From IMG/VR virus record IMGVR_UViG_3300036770_006330: DNA of 64,000 nucleotides. One strand, given 5' to 3'. Of the stretch, positions 36,601 to 47,600 are shown piece after piece. The notes under the pieces are model-generated. The model searched no databases and was not told the origin of the DNA. It saw only the letters and a program-made list of their open reading frames with translations. Position 1 is the first letter of the stretch, and the number at the start of each line of letters is the position of its first letter. The DNA is from a virus. The translations under genes were made by a program, and so were the position numbers.

Positions 36601-39068
36601 ATGATGCCGTATCCAGACCAGACATGGATGCTGGAAACTATCCAATAGTTCGCGTCAGTCCTCCGGGCATTTTGCCGCCAAGATACGTACGTCTCGCTCC
36701 TGGCACAGACCCAGATGGTGCCGGAAAAGCCGGAACAAACAATGTTGTTGGTGTGGCGAGAAACTACAACGAAGCAATGGAAATGTTTGCGGTATCAGAG
36801 GCAGCATCACTAAAGCCAGGCTCATCCGAGGCTGCAGTAGCAAGAATACTTGGAAGAAGTCGTCCGACCATACTCCAAAATCAAACCACGAGAATCGATG
36901 CACGGAATCGAATGTCCGCAGCCAATACGGACCCAACAATTACGAGTCCAGACATGCATCCGGTAAAGAATTTTACACTTGGCGAATTGTTGAACATTGG
37001 TCAATCTTCTTCTGCAAGCGACATTATGACAACGCCAAAGGCCCAGCAATGGATTGAGGCCGGGGATGGAGATTTAAACAAGCCAATAGGTTCAGATTCA
37101 CGCCTAAGACCAGTTTTTGAAAAGCTTGGCATTGATATCGATATGCCGATTGGCGAGTTTTACATACCGTCTTCAGCAGAAACAAGCACGGATGTTACAG
37201 ACTCGATTGCATCACTGAACAGGGCACTTCAAGCTCAACACGTAGCTGAAATTGGAAATCGCATAACCGGTCTTCCGGCTTATGACGAAGATTCCAGACT
37301 GGTTGACCTATGGAACACGGCCGCTGACGACCTGGCTGCCAACTTAAAAGTTGCTCAGGTCGAAACGTCAAGAGCAGTTGATGAACTAACGCAAAATAAG
37401 AGAAATAAGCAAGGGCAGTGGAGACTGCTCAAGAGTGGCCACCAGGAAGAGCTTCTTTCTTCACTTCTAGAATCACACGTAGTGTCTAATCCAGTAGCAA
37501 TGCAGGCATTGGAGATAAGAAAGCGAAATGCTCTTGAGTCATCCGCGAATAAGCGAAATGCTCGCATTAGAGCCGCTCAAGCCAGAGCGGCAAGAGGCAT
37601 ACGAGCAGCAGGTTCATTCGATGACCAGCCAGACATTCTTGACCCGTGGGGCAGTTCAAATCCACCAGCAGCTCCGCGCTCTCTCGATGACATACTCAGC
37701 GTACATGTCCAGCACAAAGCAGAGGGTCTTTTCGAAAATCCATTCGTAAATGGAACCACTCAGCTATCAGATGAGCAGGTTGATGCTCTATCGAGCATGG
37801 GCGAGCTATACGACCTGCAGAGAAGTGGCAATCAAATGGGCCTCCCTGGAACCCCATACGATGGGGTCCAGTTTGGCGATATTCGAAAAGCAATGCTCGC
37901 CCATATGTGGCACTTTAATGGCTACAACAGCCTTCCGATTCTTGCAACAAAAGAAGAGATGCTTGCAGCTGCAGAGGGCCCTGTTACGCCAGAGGGAACT
38001 CAACCTGTATTTTTTATTGCGCGAGGCGTGCAGGGTAGCCCAGCTCAGCAAGTTCAGTTCATTACAGACATGCTCGGTGGGGATAGATTTGTTCCGGGCC
38101 AGGGTGGTCAGGTTGCCGGTCTTGGTGATTACTGGTCGCTTCAGCCCAGTGGCTGGTCGAGTTATCACGGCGGAAATGGCGGCACAGCAATCGCGATAAT
38201 CAGCCCACAAATGAATATTGTTTCGCGAGACGCACACCTCGAGCTATTCGGAACACAAAATGGCACTCCGCTCTATGAGTCAATGTGGTCAATATACAAC
38301 GCTATTGGAGCGCCAGATGCGCCAAATGGAGTAAATCCGTCGCACGGACCAGAAAGCAGATTTGGAATTACTCCGAATAGCATTCTCCCAGACCCCAAAA
38401 CTGGTCTGTTCACACAGGCACAGCTTGATGAGCTAAACGGCCACGTTGCTCGCCTTACTGCAGAAGGAACTCCTGGGCGTAACCTGAGAAATAATGCCGT
38501 GTGGAGCGATACCTCTGGATGGGGCGAAGCAACAATCGAGCGTTCGCTTACTACTGGCTCTCATTCTGGAACCCTAAAGCGCGCACTCACGCTAGACATT
38601 GTTGGCAATACCCCGGAAGAAAACCTAAAAGCTCAAGAGGCCATAGAGCGAAGAAAAGAAATCAATTCATGGTTTGCGCAACACCTGAGCTGGTTTGTTC
38701 AGCTAGCACAACTGCGTAGGGATGAGTCTTTGCCTGGCCAGGTAGGAATAGATAATAAGGCACACAATGCGAAACTAAATCGCGCAATGCGCTCACTCCT
38801 TTACATGGACCCAGACGTAAGAGCGGTATTGATGGGAATCGACGCTTATGCGGCAGATAGCGTTGGAATGGACACAGTTTTACGGTCCAATCTTTGGCAA
38901 GCAATACAACAGGGTGCAGGAGACAGAATTGTTGTCCTCAACAGAAGCGCAATGATTATGCACCGCGAACCAGTTAAAGTCTATAGCGACTGGACAAATG
39001 ACCTGTTGGCGATTAAACCACAAGTTCCCGGGGTAAACTCACCAATTGACGGAAGGGGTTGGAGATGA
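33657..39068 (+). CDS. Giant protein C (1803 aa): RCP...C motif, Arg-rich region, C-terminal ART/PARP-like domain
   Basis: GYNSLP...FIARGV...GQVAGLGDYWS...SYHG...GIDAY...IVVLNRS pattern resembles MuF-associated ART domains. Confidence 0.6.
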   Translation: MKTSTVIRDKISGAPFAVIVGPAQPLRVFGASGQGRAWAEWAVKQPSMDALLSSLDASLVHEKNVQLTTEFLDSIADSFDQQVINDLRALASQKALVLIMQTKSDIGPEHNEYEQMNETSELEEIDNWPITDAALATIDVAYKQIAINYKARAFELDTKRAGIMLQVKGVRALWDPNMPGGGGWRCPDDTPNGGQFTNRLGRGCTFGMLRRIGRSLVAASLRDISKAVDDAANIDLPTVNRAGRALTSAADARDARLQNKFKNRAQRRARKLAKAKAQEQLKQGAITWRQAYESLDKDRTRRGRARIATALVAKRMADDAATRAFNSETRRQRRRAGRGVEKTPPPSPGGAVSTQTVVPGQQGGPSRREILAERLRRTAQNIVGEDQQQTRRMSRRARRVAQQPQAEEPVDTEYTPPQSPARGVRGQTPSPAPIATRFARGENESRMGEIRAIRRELRGRTPRSTSPLRERIAMRQRRRAARLRGEAPGLEDYPDFEASRIELPDLKGGPLEANAFMGRGQDAKRVDPILRDIPSPPGRGEGSFIPIGDTPAREEYVERRQEWLTDENLIGLNNLQKFFEHRASHGKIREARSDDSTNAEQVEDALINAGELLDSFDASSQNELKEIYENWQREFNDPNLPSPEGYVSNLGRTISRQDDVNGISRTVLYAADVPGNPIVYIEDSDKGIAHLLDTKGRHVLSMFTDDNGEVRFMSGSAAAETIARRGMRRPIRERIMERLNRRDSDGSPAQQMSLRARRIAVERSKTRSGLSFGKTTSGDVYLPGDHLLAEQDRLIIEANIQDQLARYNESFRHRLNIADPDEPLSEDGILSYIDELAKTDARHAGIIKTRLHDFLVLTEIEETGDLNFINNLKPSARSRILEGTSSYTRGKRSGRQKFTPYRPSGARNINPEDITPPILVNAPVNTMAPINVPSTGIPLTPGLGNPSLGINYDPSSGLYIDSATGLFVEDLTGLPIDRTSVYDAVSRPDMDAGNYPIVRVSPPGILPPRYVRLAPGTDPDGAGKAGTNNVVGVARNYNEAMEMFAVSEAASLKPGSSEAAVARILGRSRPTILQNQTTRIDARNRMSAANTDPTITSPDMHPVKNFTLGELLNIGQSSSASDIMTTPKAQQWIEAGDGDLNKPIGSDSRLRPVFEKLGIDIDMPIGEFYIPSSAETSTDVTDSIASLNRALQAQHVAEIGNRITGLPAYDEDSRLVDLWNTAADDLAANLKVAQVETSRAVDELTQNKRNKQGQWRLLKSGHQEELLSSLLESHVVSNPVAMQALEIRKRNALESSANKRNARIRAAQARAARGIRAAGSFDDQPDILDPWGSSNPPAAPRSLDDILSVHVQHKAEGLFENPFVNGTTQLSDEQVDALSSMGELYDLQRSGNQMGLPGTPYDGVQFGDIRKAMLAHMWHFNGYNSLPILATKEEMLAAAEGPVTPEGTQPVFFIARGVQGSPAQQVQFITDMLGGDRFVPGQGGQVAGLGDYWSLQPSGWSSYHGGNGGTAIAIISPQMNIVSRDAHLELFGTQNGTPLYESMWSIYNAIGAPDAPNGVNPSHGPESRFGITPNSILPDPKTGLFTQAQLDELNGHVARLTAEGTPGRNLRNNAVWSDTSGWGEATIERSLTTGSHSGTLKRALTLDIVGNTPEENLKAQEAIERRKEINSWFAQHLSWFVQLAQLRRDESLPGQVGIDNKAHNAKLNRAMRSLLYMDPDVRAVLMGIDAYAADSVGMDTVLRSNLWQAIQQGAGDRIVVLNRSAMIMHREPVKVYSDWTNDLLAIKPQVPGVNSPIDGRGWR

Positions 39069-39469
39069 CGCGCAAACTTACTGCTGGGGACCTTGGGGTT
39101 GAGGACAGAAAGATTTTTGACCGCAACAACCGGTCAGTTGTTGAGTCGTATGAAGAACTGTACCATCTTGTAAATTTTCCTCCGTTTCGCTTGAGTGGCA
39201 ACTTTGAAAAAGCACAAAAATACATAATCGAGCTCAAAAGCGAATATCAGAAACTTCGGTCTAGTTCAGCAGAAGACCTAATCGACCCTGATTTCAAACC
39301 ATTTAAATCATTCATTCGCAAATATGCAAGCAATGTTGCAGAGGCAAGACGGTACGCAAAGAGCTCCAACAAAAACATCGTGCAAGCGCTTGATATGTAT
39401 GTTGCGGAAAATCCCGATTCCAATGTCGGAGACGACGAGTACTACCTACCAGAACAAACACCTTGGTGA
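39065..39469 (+). CDS. Small hypothetical protein coupled to protein C
   Basis: ATG 39065 overlaps the TGA of protein C (ATGA). Confidence 0.6.
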   Translation: MTRKLTAGDLGVEDRKIFDRNNRSVVESYEELYHLVNFPPFRLSGNFEKAQKYIIELKSEYQKLRSSSAEDLIDPDFKPFKSFIRKYASNVAEARRYAKSSNKNIVQALDMYVAENPDSNVGDDEYYLPEQTPW

Positions 39470-39473
39470 TTGA

Positions 39474-41522
39474 ATGGAACTTGAGCAGCGTCCGGAAATT
39501 GCCAAGCGCAAGAAGAGGAAACGAAGGAAACTTCGCGGAGAAAGCGCTGAGCAGTGGGAGGAGCTTCGCGAAGGTGGCGTCGTTGGGATAGATAGCCTTC
39601 CAGGTGGAGGAATAGTCAGCGCACCAGTAATTTCTGGAAAAGCACTGCCGAGAATAGGCAGAAGATTGTCTGCCATAAAAAGAAGAGCGAAGATTTCCGA
39701 GCGCGACGGCGATGGTGATGGATTTAGAACAAATCCGTTAACAGGTCGCGATGACCTGCCAGTATTGCCAAATGTCCCCGGAATGGATGCAATATCTGGG
39801 GCAATACGAAGCGGAAACAACACTGAATATATCGGGGATGAAGGGCTAATAAAAGCGCAGGCTAGACAGGTTTCTGAATTCGAAAAATGGTCCAAGGGAA
39901 AACAGTGGAATAACTTTCATCGTGAACATTTTGACTGGTGGACCTTCCCAATCGACAAGGGAAGTAGTCATAGCGGGTTTGCTTACGACATCTCCGGAGA
40001 ACCACTGGAGCGCCTAAAACAGAACCCCAAATATCTCTCATCGATTTCACGTGCGGCTGAACTATATAACCGCAGTCTTGGCTGGGACCTAAAAAGTTCC
40101 AGGTGGATTGATTCACCAGATAAAAGTCGTGGTCAAAACGCGTCTCAATCAAACATAAATCAGCAGCGTCTTTTCAAAATTGGTAGGTCTTTACAGATAC
40201 ACGGCCTTGATAATGACTTTAATTCACACCGACAAATGGTTGAATCCCTAAGAAGAGCTGGGATTAGGGTTGGCAATGAGTCATATTGGGACAACCCAAA
40301 TGAGTTTGTCATGCGCTCACGATTCAAAGATGGTGACGGGTCGATTTCCGGAGCAATGTCAGGTATTGGAATTTCTCCAAAAGTGATGAAATTGCAACAA
40401 CATGACCCACGCCGCGACAAAGAATTTGTCGAGCTCCAGAAAGCCCGTGACGCCAGAAATGCATCCAGGGACCCATCTAAGGGTGACCTTACTTTTGACT
40501 GGAAAGATGATAATTCACGAACATCTTTCATACGGCGAATTTGGAAGAAGGCTTGGGAAAAAGGCGATGCAAAATTTAATGGAAAAATTAGCAACGGAGC
40601 CAGGTGGGATACCCAACATGCACACACTGGACTGGCCCCACAAATAGATGAAAATCTAAACTTGGTTGCTGATTTGGGATTGCACTGGGGGGTAGGGGAT
40701 AGAACCTACAGCGGTTTTTTTGACCAATACGGAAGTGTATTTAGGCATTCTCTTTCGCCACAAAATCCAGAAGGTGCAGCTGCCGAACAAGTCAGAGACC
40801 TAAAGGGGTATTTTGCACCAACAATAAATCCAGCCCTATATTGGCAAAGATTTGAATCATGGATTCGAAATCCATTCTCGGTGGTTAGGGACCCAAATAC
40901 TGGTAGAGATGTTGGTGTCCGCAAATACTTCAATAATGACAGAACCCTTCTTGTTCAAGAATTTGACAGAAGAATATCCAAGCTATATGACGCACTGTCT
41001 GAGGCGTCCGGCAAAGACATTGAGCAGCATAAATATATTCCATTGCCAGAATTCGACAATCCCAGACCACGCAGGGACAGTGTTCCGAATTTTATGATTA
41101 ATGACATCAAAAGACAGATGTCTGAAGCCATTGAAGCTATGAGCAAGCATTCAACACTAGAGGGGCTGCGCAAAAGGTTGTTAGACTTTTTCCAAACGCG
41201 AAATCAGGCAGCGTTGGCCGAGTCAATAACACCTGATTGGCTTGAAGATTACCTAAAATCAGACCACAAGAATTGGCTTGCTGAGCAACTGCGTCGCCAC
41301 CCAGACTTTTTGCGCGCAAGTTCACTGGACAGCCTTAGTCACGACAAGCTAAAAGAGTCTTCAGAGATGATGGAACTGGTATTTGATGAGGTAGCGCTTG
41401 CCGGAGGAGACCCAAAAAACATAGACCTAGCTGGCGATTTGGTAAGAAGCGTAATGACGGGTCTTTCGGAGGAACAAATAAAGAAGCTTTACGAAGATGA
41501 ACTTCGACGCAATAGAAATTAA
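39474..41522 (+). CDS. Polyvalent protein D (682 aa): DGDGDG motif, OGFr/DUF1810-like domain, unknown C-terminal domain
   Basis: FHREHFDWWTFPID..S...RLFKIGRSL..HG, bounded by ISGAI and ISGAM. Confidence 0.6.
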   Translation: MELEQRPEIAKRKKRKRRKLRGESAEQWEELREGGVVGIDSLPGGGIVSAPVISGKALPRIGRRLSAIKRRAKISERDGDGDGFRTNPLTGRDDLPVLPNVPGMDAISGAIRSGNNTEYIGDEGLIKAQARQVSEFEKWSKGKQWNNFHREHFDWWTFPIDKGSSHSGFAYDISGEPLERLKQNPKYLSSISRAAELYNRSLGWDLKSSRWIDSPDKSRGQNASQSNINQQRLFKIGRSLQIHGLDNDFNSHRQMVESLRRAGIRVGNESYWDNPNEFVMRSRFKDGDGSISGAMSGIGISPKVMKLQQHDPRRDKEFVELQKARDARNASRDPSKGDLTFDWKDDNSRTSFIRRIWKKAWEKGDAKFNGKISNGARWDTQHAHTGLAPQIDENLNLVADLGLHWGVGDRTYSGFFDQYGSVFRHSLSPQNPEGAAAEQVRDLKGYFAPTINPALYWQRFESWIRNPFSVVRDPNTGRDVGVRKYFNNDRTLLVQEFDRRISKLYDALSEASGKDIEQHKYIPLPEFDNPRPRRDSVPNFMINDIKRQMSEAIEAMSKHSTLEGLRKRLLDFFQTRNQAALAESITPDWLEDYLKSDHKNWLAEQLRRHPDFLRASSLDSLSHDKLKESSEMMELVFDEVALAGGDPKNIDLAGDLVRSVMTGLSEEQIKKLYEDELRRNRN

Positions 41523-41613
41523 TTACTTGACATGTATCTCGGCATAATCCACAAATTTGAAGTACTATTATTGAAGCACGGTTGGGGCAAAGCAAACTGC
41601 TGTTCCACATATT

Positions 41614-44600
41614 TTGTCGAAGAGTGCCATGGGTGAACTAAACAAAGAAACATCTGAACAGTCAAAAGCAATGCTCGGTGCGCCGCGTTTGCTGCGCCCT
41701 TCAGACCCAGACGTTTACGATAATCCGGAGTCAGCAAGGGTTAGGGCAAGACAAATCGGATGCATTGGAATACGTCGCTACAATAATCGCAATGGCGGTG
41801 TGTCGTGGATGCCATGCACAAATGAATCTGACTACAGACGCGTATCTGGTTTTGGACACTCCGGCAGAAGATTTAGGAGACAGCAACTAGAACGCGAAGT
41901 GCGAGAAATAATTGGGAGACGCGGCTCTCGCTCATTCTCGAAAAAGAGTGCAAATTATACAAAACCAGAACTCCGAGAACGTCTCAAGCAAAGGATAATG
42001 GCTGGCTCAAAGGGTGGAGCGCCAGGGCAGTGGTCGGCACGAAAAGCGCAGCTTTTGGCAAGCGCCTACAGAAAAGCTGGCGGCGGCTATAGGGGCAGAA
42101 AAACATCCAAGCAGCGCTCACTTTCTCGCTGGACAAAACAAAAGTGGCGAACAATTGATGGCAAGCCAGCACGACGCGGCAACGTTGTTCGCCGCTATCT
42201 TCCTGCAAGGGCATGGGGTAAGTTGACACCAGGACAACGACAAGCAACAAACCGCAAGAAAATCCAGGGCAGTAAACGCGGTGAGCAGTTTGTCGCAAAC
42301 ACAGAAGCAGCGAGAAAAGCTAGAAAGCGTTCTGTCGTAAGCAAGAAGCATGCAGAATTTTATGAAGACTTTGAGTTTAAAGCAGTCGGCAAGAAGCTTG
42401 GTCGAGCACTGCCCGGAAAGCTCGGACCAGGAGGTGGTTCTGGTGGCAGAAAAGCCAGACGAGTTGGTGCATCGCTCCGTGGGGCAATGGCGAGATTTGA
42501 CCCGAATGCAGTAGACGCTGACGCAGACAATATCGTACAAGAAGGAACAATTTATGAGCGTCCTGCTCCACCAAGAAGTGGTGCGGTTTCTTCGCTTACA
42601 AACATACGCGCTCCACAGATTCCTGAGCCGGAACGTGCATTTGGCCGTGCTGCACGCTCGAGTGACGGTCGCTTTGCTTCTCCTGCGTCGCGAGCAATTT
42701 CGTCTGGACGCTCTCGGGCTGAACGGGAAATAACTCGCGGTTCTAGAGCAACCCCAAAACCAAGAATTGTTCCAAAGACTCCAACGGCAAGACGTCTTGC
42801 CGAACAGGCAGGACAAACTGCTGTCCCAGCAGCAAGACGCGGTCGTATTACAGGAAGAAGAGACTACGCAGTTCCACAAGTTAGTCGGGATGTAAGAGAC
42901 TCGATAAGAGAACAACGCGCGGATATATATGAGAGATTCGCAACCGGAGATTACACAGTTCAGCAACTCGCTGACCAGTTTGATGTTGTTCGTGATGAAA
43001 TTACTTCATCTATTAGGGCTCATGAGAATTTCCGTAATTCAAATTTGCGAAAATTTAAAAAGGGAAGCCCGAAGCTTTACCAGGCAATTTCTGGATTCGG
43101 AAATTCAAGAGGAAGTTTTGATGAGGCGATAAAAGAAAGAAAGTTTAGTAATTGGGACGGTCTCGTAAGACACATATTCACCGACCCAAAACTCCGCCGC
43201 TCCGGAAAACACACAGATATGCAGAACGACCTTTTTAAGGCGTTCCCGGATGGCAAAAACCCAGACAAAGATTCAAACATTGAACTTGGATACCTGCCAA
43301 GCGTTCGCGGCGAATCACGCCCGCCAGTGAAGGCTTTCAATGACCGCAGAAGCCCAACTCCAGAATTTAGACCGCTTTCACTTTCTCCAAGACAGCCAGG
43401 ACGACTCGGCAGCGCATCCGATATAGCCGAGAGAGCCGGAAGGCGTGCAGCATTCAGAAGAGACTCATTGATTATTGATGCGATGCGCAGAGGAGACTCA
43501 ATCTCCGGAGCGATGTCTTCCGTGAACATGACTCCAGCGGAAGAGAGAGACTGGAAGCGCAAGGAATGGACCAGACAACAGCTAAAGAATTTTGCCCTGG
43601 ACCCTGATGTGAAAAAGAAATACCCAACCCTTGCAAATCAGCTTGGGGACGGCCCACTCATAGATGCAGTTCTTGGGCTGGACGGACTTGATGATGATTC
43701 GCTTGGGAATCTTTGGGACGCTACTGTTACGGAAATTTCAGCAACTCCAGGCTCAAAAGTTCCTGCATATCAGGCCAGACAAGCTCCTCTTTCCCCAAGG
43801 GAACTAGCAGCTGCATCAACAGTTAAACGCCCACTTGTTTCTGCATTCCTCGATGAATATAAGAAGAGTGCCCCAGGCGGCCAATTAGCCAAACTCGATG
43901 CATCGAGAATGACCGACGAAGACGTAGAGTCCTTCTACAACACATTTATTCTTCCGGAATTGATTAATAATGGAGCTCCATCCCAGCAAGACATAGAAGC
44001 GGCAGCAGCACTACCAGCTGTTCGTAGTCGACTTAATGAAGCTGAACAAATTCTTCTGAATGTTCCACTTGAGCTAAGGACCCTCGACCTTCGCATGAAG
44101 TTGGCGAGAAAGGCTCTCGAGTCTACGAACATAGACCCAGACAGCCCTGAATTTGAAGACGCTCTTCAAAAGCTGATTAATGACCAACTCGACCTTGAAG
44201 CTGTCCAATTTGCCGAAGACGTTGAGAAGTGGCTGCGCGGTGGATTCGATAGGCCGCGCCGTATACCAATTAATCCGATGACTGGACAAGAATACACGGA
44301 TGGCGAACTTGAAGCTCAAATCAATATAGTTAGGGACAATATTGAGCGACTTTCTGCCGACTTAGACAAAATGCAAATGGAAGAGCTTCAGCACCTTGGA
44401 TTTATTAGGAACATACTTTTCGACGCACTTATGCTTGAAGAGTTTTTTGCTGAAGGAGATGCACGAAATCTGGATAAACCAGTCGACCCACTAACTGGTC
44501 GAGAACTATCAATGCGTGAATACCTTGAATCTGCCTCATATCAATTAAATCAAGTCCCAATTAACCCGCTTACTGGCAAAAAATATACCCTACAAGAAAT

Positions 44601-47600
44601 GCGAGACCAAATTGCAAACCTCGATAATAGACTTGAAACAATCCGCACCGGAATGGGCATTTCAAAGCTAAACCAGATTGGCGGACAGCAGCAATTGCTT
44701 GGCGCACTCATGAAGGCAGCAGCGCAATTAGAACCTGACGATTCTGACATGCCAGACGATATTGATATTCCAGGCGATGGCGACGTAGATGTAATGGAAA
44801 TAGAAGACAAGCCAGATGCAGATGCAATCAACGAAATGCTTGATGCGTTCAAGGATTTTCTTGGCGATGCTGGAGATACAACTGTATCGATACGTTCTGA
44901 AGACATAATAAGAGCAAGACAACTAAATCGTCAACTTGAATCCATGCCAGACCCTCGTTCGACGGTCCCAGATACCGACGACTTCTGGAATGGCCTGAGG
45001 GACCAGGATGGGAATCCATTACCAGACTATGACGGAACAGCAAGTCACCCATTAAATTTTGGCCCAGATGGACAACCACTCAAGGTTGATGACCCAGATT
45101 TCATGCTTGCCGATTCCCTGTATCGCGAACACCTTGACCCAAACAACTATGAACTTCAGGAATGGATAAGCATTGATAATCCCCATCTTGGCGGAAGATA
45201 CACGGCGCCACCGAAAGAGCTGGTTAGCCGGTTCTACCAGGGCGACGCAGACTCAAAAGACCCAGAACAAATTGACAAACGAATCAGCTGGGACAGATTA
45301 ATTGGCTATATCCAAAGAACTGCACCCAATCTTTTCCGTCGCAACAAGAAGGGTGAACTTGTTGGAGACATGAATGAGTTGACAAGGAACGGAAACTACG
45401 GAGGCGCCAGCTTTAGTAATGCTCAATTCGACCCGAATGTTCCTTCTAGCGGATACCAGTTTGAAGCCCAGCTTGCGGAACTTAGGGATGCAACGATTGC
45501 TGCACAGAATGCTGAATATCTTTCGCAGGATGCGACTAGTGCCACTGCACGAGCACGGCTATGGGACCTTCACACACAGAGTGGCTTTACTCCAGATGAA
45601 ATAGCTTTTGACCTTGAGATAGTGGACCCACAAGTTGTTTCTACTGCGCTAATGATGCACGCTTCAGACAACAATGTCTCTTCATCTCAGCAGCGGCAAT
45701 TCATGAATATTGCGCAACAAGCAGCTGGTCCAAGACGGGCAACATATGACAAGAAGCGAGTTCAGCGCATTATTGATGAGCTTAGGGGCCTTGCCCGACT
45801 CAGTGGCTCAGGAGCAACCGACTCTCGCTCAATGGTTGCAGAAATTGACAGAGCAATAGCAATACAAGAAGACAGGCTTGCCAAGGTTCAAAGAGAGTAC
45901 GACAACTTCCGTGCCGAAACGCGGACACTGCAAAACATGCTGACTGGATTGTTGCTAACCCGCCCAAAGAACAGAAAAATGGTTCGGGATAATGATGGAA
46001 ATATTGTTCAGGATGGCTGGGACGAAACCAAAGAACCTCTAGCCAGATACCTAAATAGAATCCGCCTATGGGACGATGAATATATCGGCTCAACTAACCC
46101 TGTAACTGGAGAGCGTCGCATCGGGATGGTCACCTACCTGGTTAACCGAATGAAAGATATGGCTCGGATGACCGGAGACGATGGCGGAGCCTCAGCAACT
46201 ACGTTCATTGCTCAAGTTGCCCAAAGCAACATCGCAGGCCTGAGACAATTTAGGTCTGAAATTCAAGGTGTTAGCTCGGACGCCCAAAATGTTGGAATTT
46301 CTGGTTTCATGCGTTCCGGAAGCGCAATAAATAGAGCGGAGTTTGCTGCTCGACGCGGAGCGCGAAAAGCAGCATCTGGAAGATTCGACTTTGCAGACCC
46401 GAGAATACTTAAGCGATTTGATAACGCCGGCTACCCAGTGACTAGAAATATGGTTGGCGCTGCATCCGGTTTCAATCCGCAATATTCGAATTTCATTGCG
46501 GATGCAACAAGGGTAAATAATTTTAAATATGCAAATGGACCAGAGTTCAATTATTTAAATCCCAGAGAACAGCAGATAATTCGCGCACTTGATGACATGG
46601 GTGTTTCTGGCCCGGTCAGAAATCCGGCGCCTGGTGTCCGAGATGAAAACATTGGAAGACGCGTAAGAGACGCCATAGGAATGAACAAGAGGCCAATTAA
46701 GCGCTCTGGTCTTGACCTTACTGGTCCGGTAGAACCGAAGCGTAATCTTTTCAACCCGGAAACCTATGGCCGTCAATCGATGCGCAATAGAACAAGTATA
46801 AATATTGCTGGTCGGATGAGTTCGAGCAAGCCAGACATGTTAATGGAAATGGAAGTTGAGCAAGCGCCAAACGGTAAGTGGTATGTAGTAAACAAACATG
46901 GACAGGCGCTCATTGATTCTCCTTTCGATTCGATGTCGAAGGCAAAAGATGCAATGTACTCATTGCGTCAAACCATTCACGAAAAGGGACGAAGAAGGGA
47001 CCTCCCTGGAACCGTAGCCGAATGGGAGGCAACCGTTGCGGGAATGAAGCAGGTTGGATATCGCTCCCTTTCCCGCGAAATGCGAAATGCAATGGATGTC
47101 GCTCCAATTTCCGCAAATGGAGAAAAGAATCGCTTCATTTTTAAGATAGATGCTGGTCCGAAGCCACGAGCTGGCGACTCAGTTATTTTTAGACGCAACC
47201 CATCGACCAACCAACCAGAAGTTCTTTTGATTGGCCGAGCATTTGGCCCACATAGAACCGAAGCTGATGGGACCATGAGTCTTCCTGGTGGCCTGTTTGA
47301 TGCGGAGGCAGGAGACAAAGACCTAATGGACACAGCACTGCGTGAAGCAGTGGAAGAAATAGGACTTGACCAATCACGCCTACTAAAAGTCGAGCGTCTT
47401 GGAATTATTGATGCACCAGATTGGGACCCTCGGTTCTCCAAGGGCGTTGAGGTTGGTGGAATTTTTGTTGAGGTCCCAGGTGACTGGGAACCAACGGCTG
47501 GCGACGATGCTCTTTCAGCAAGATTTGTTCCATTATCAGATATTGCCAGTGGCGAGGTTCCACTCGGTTTCGGACATGCAGCATGGCTCGAGGCGGCATT

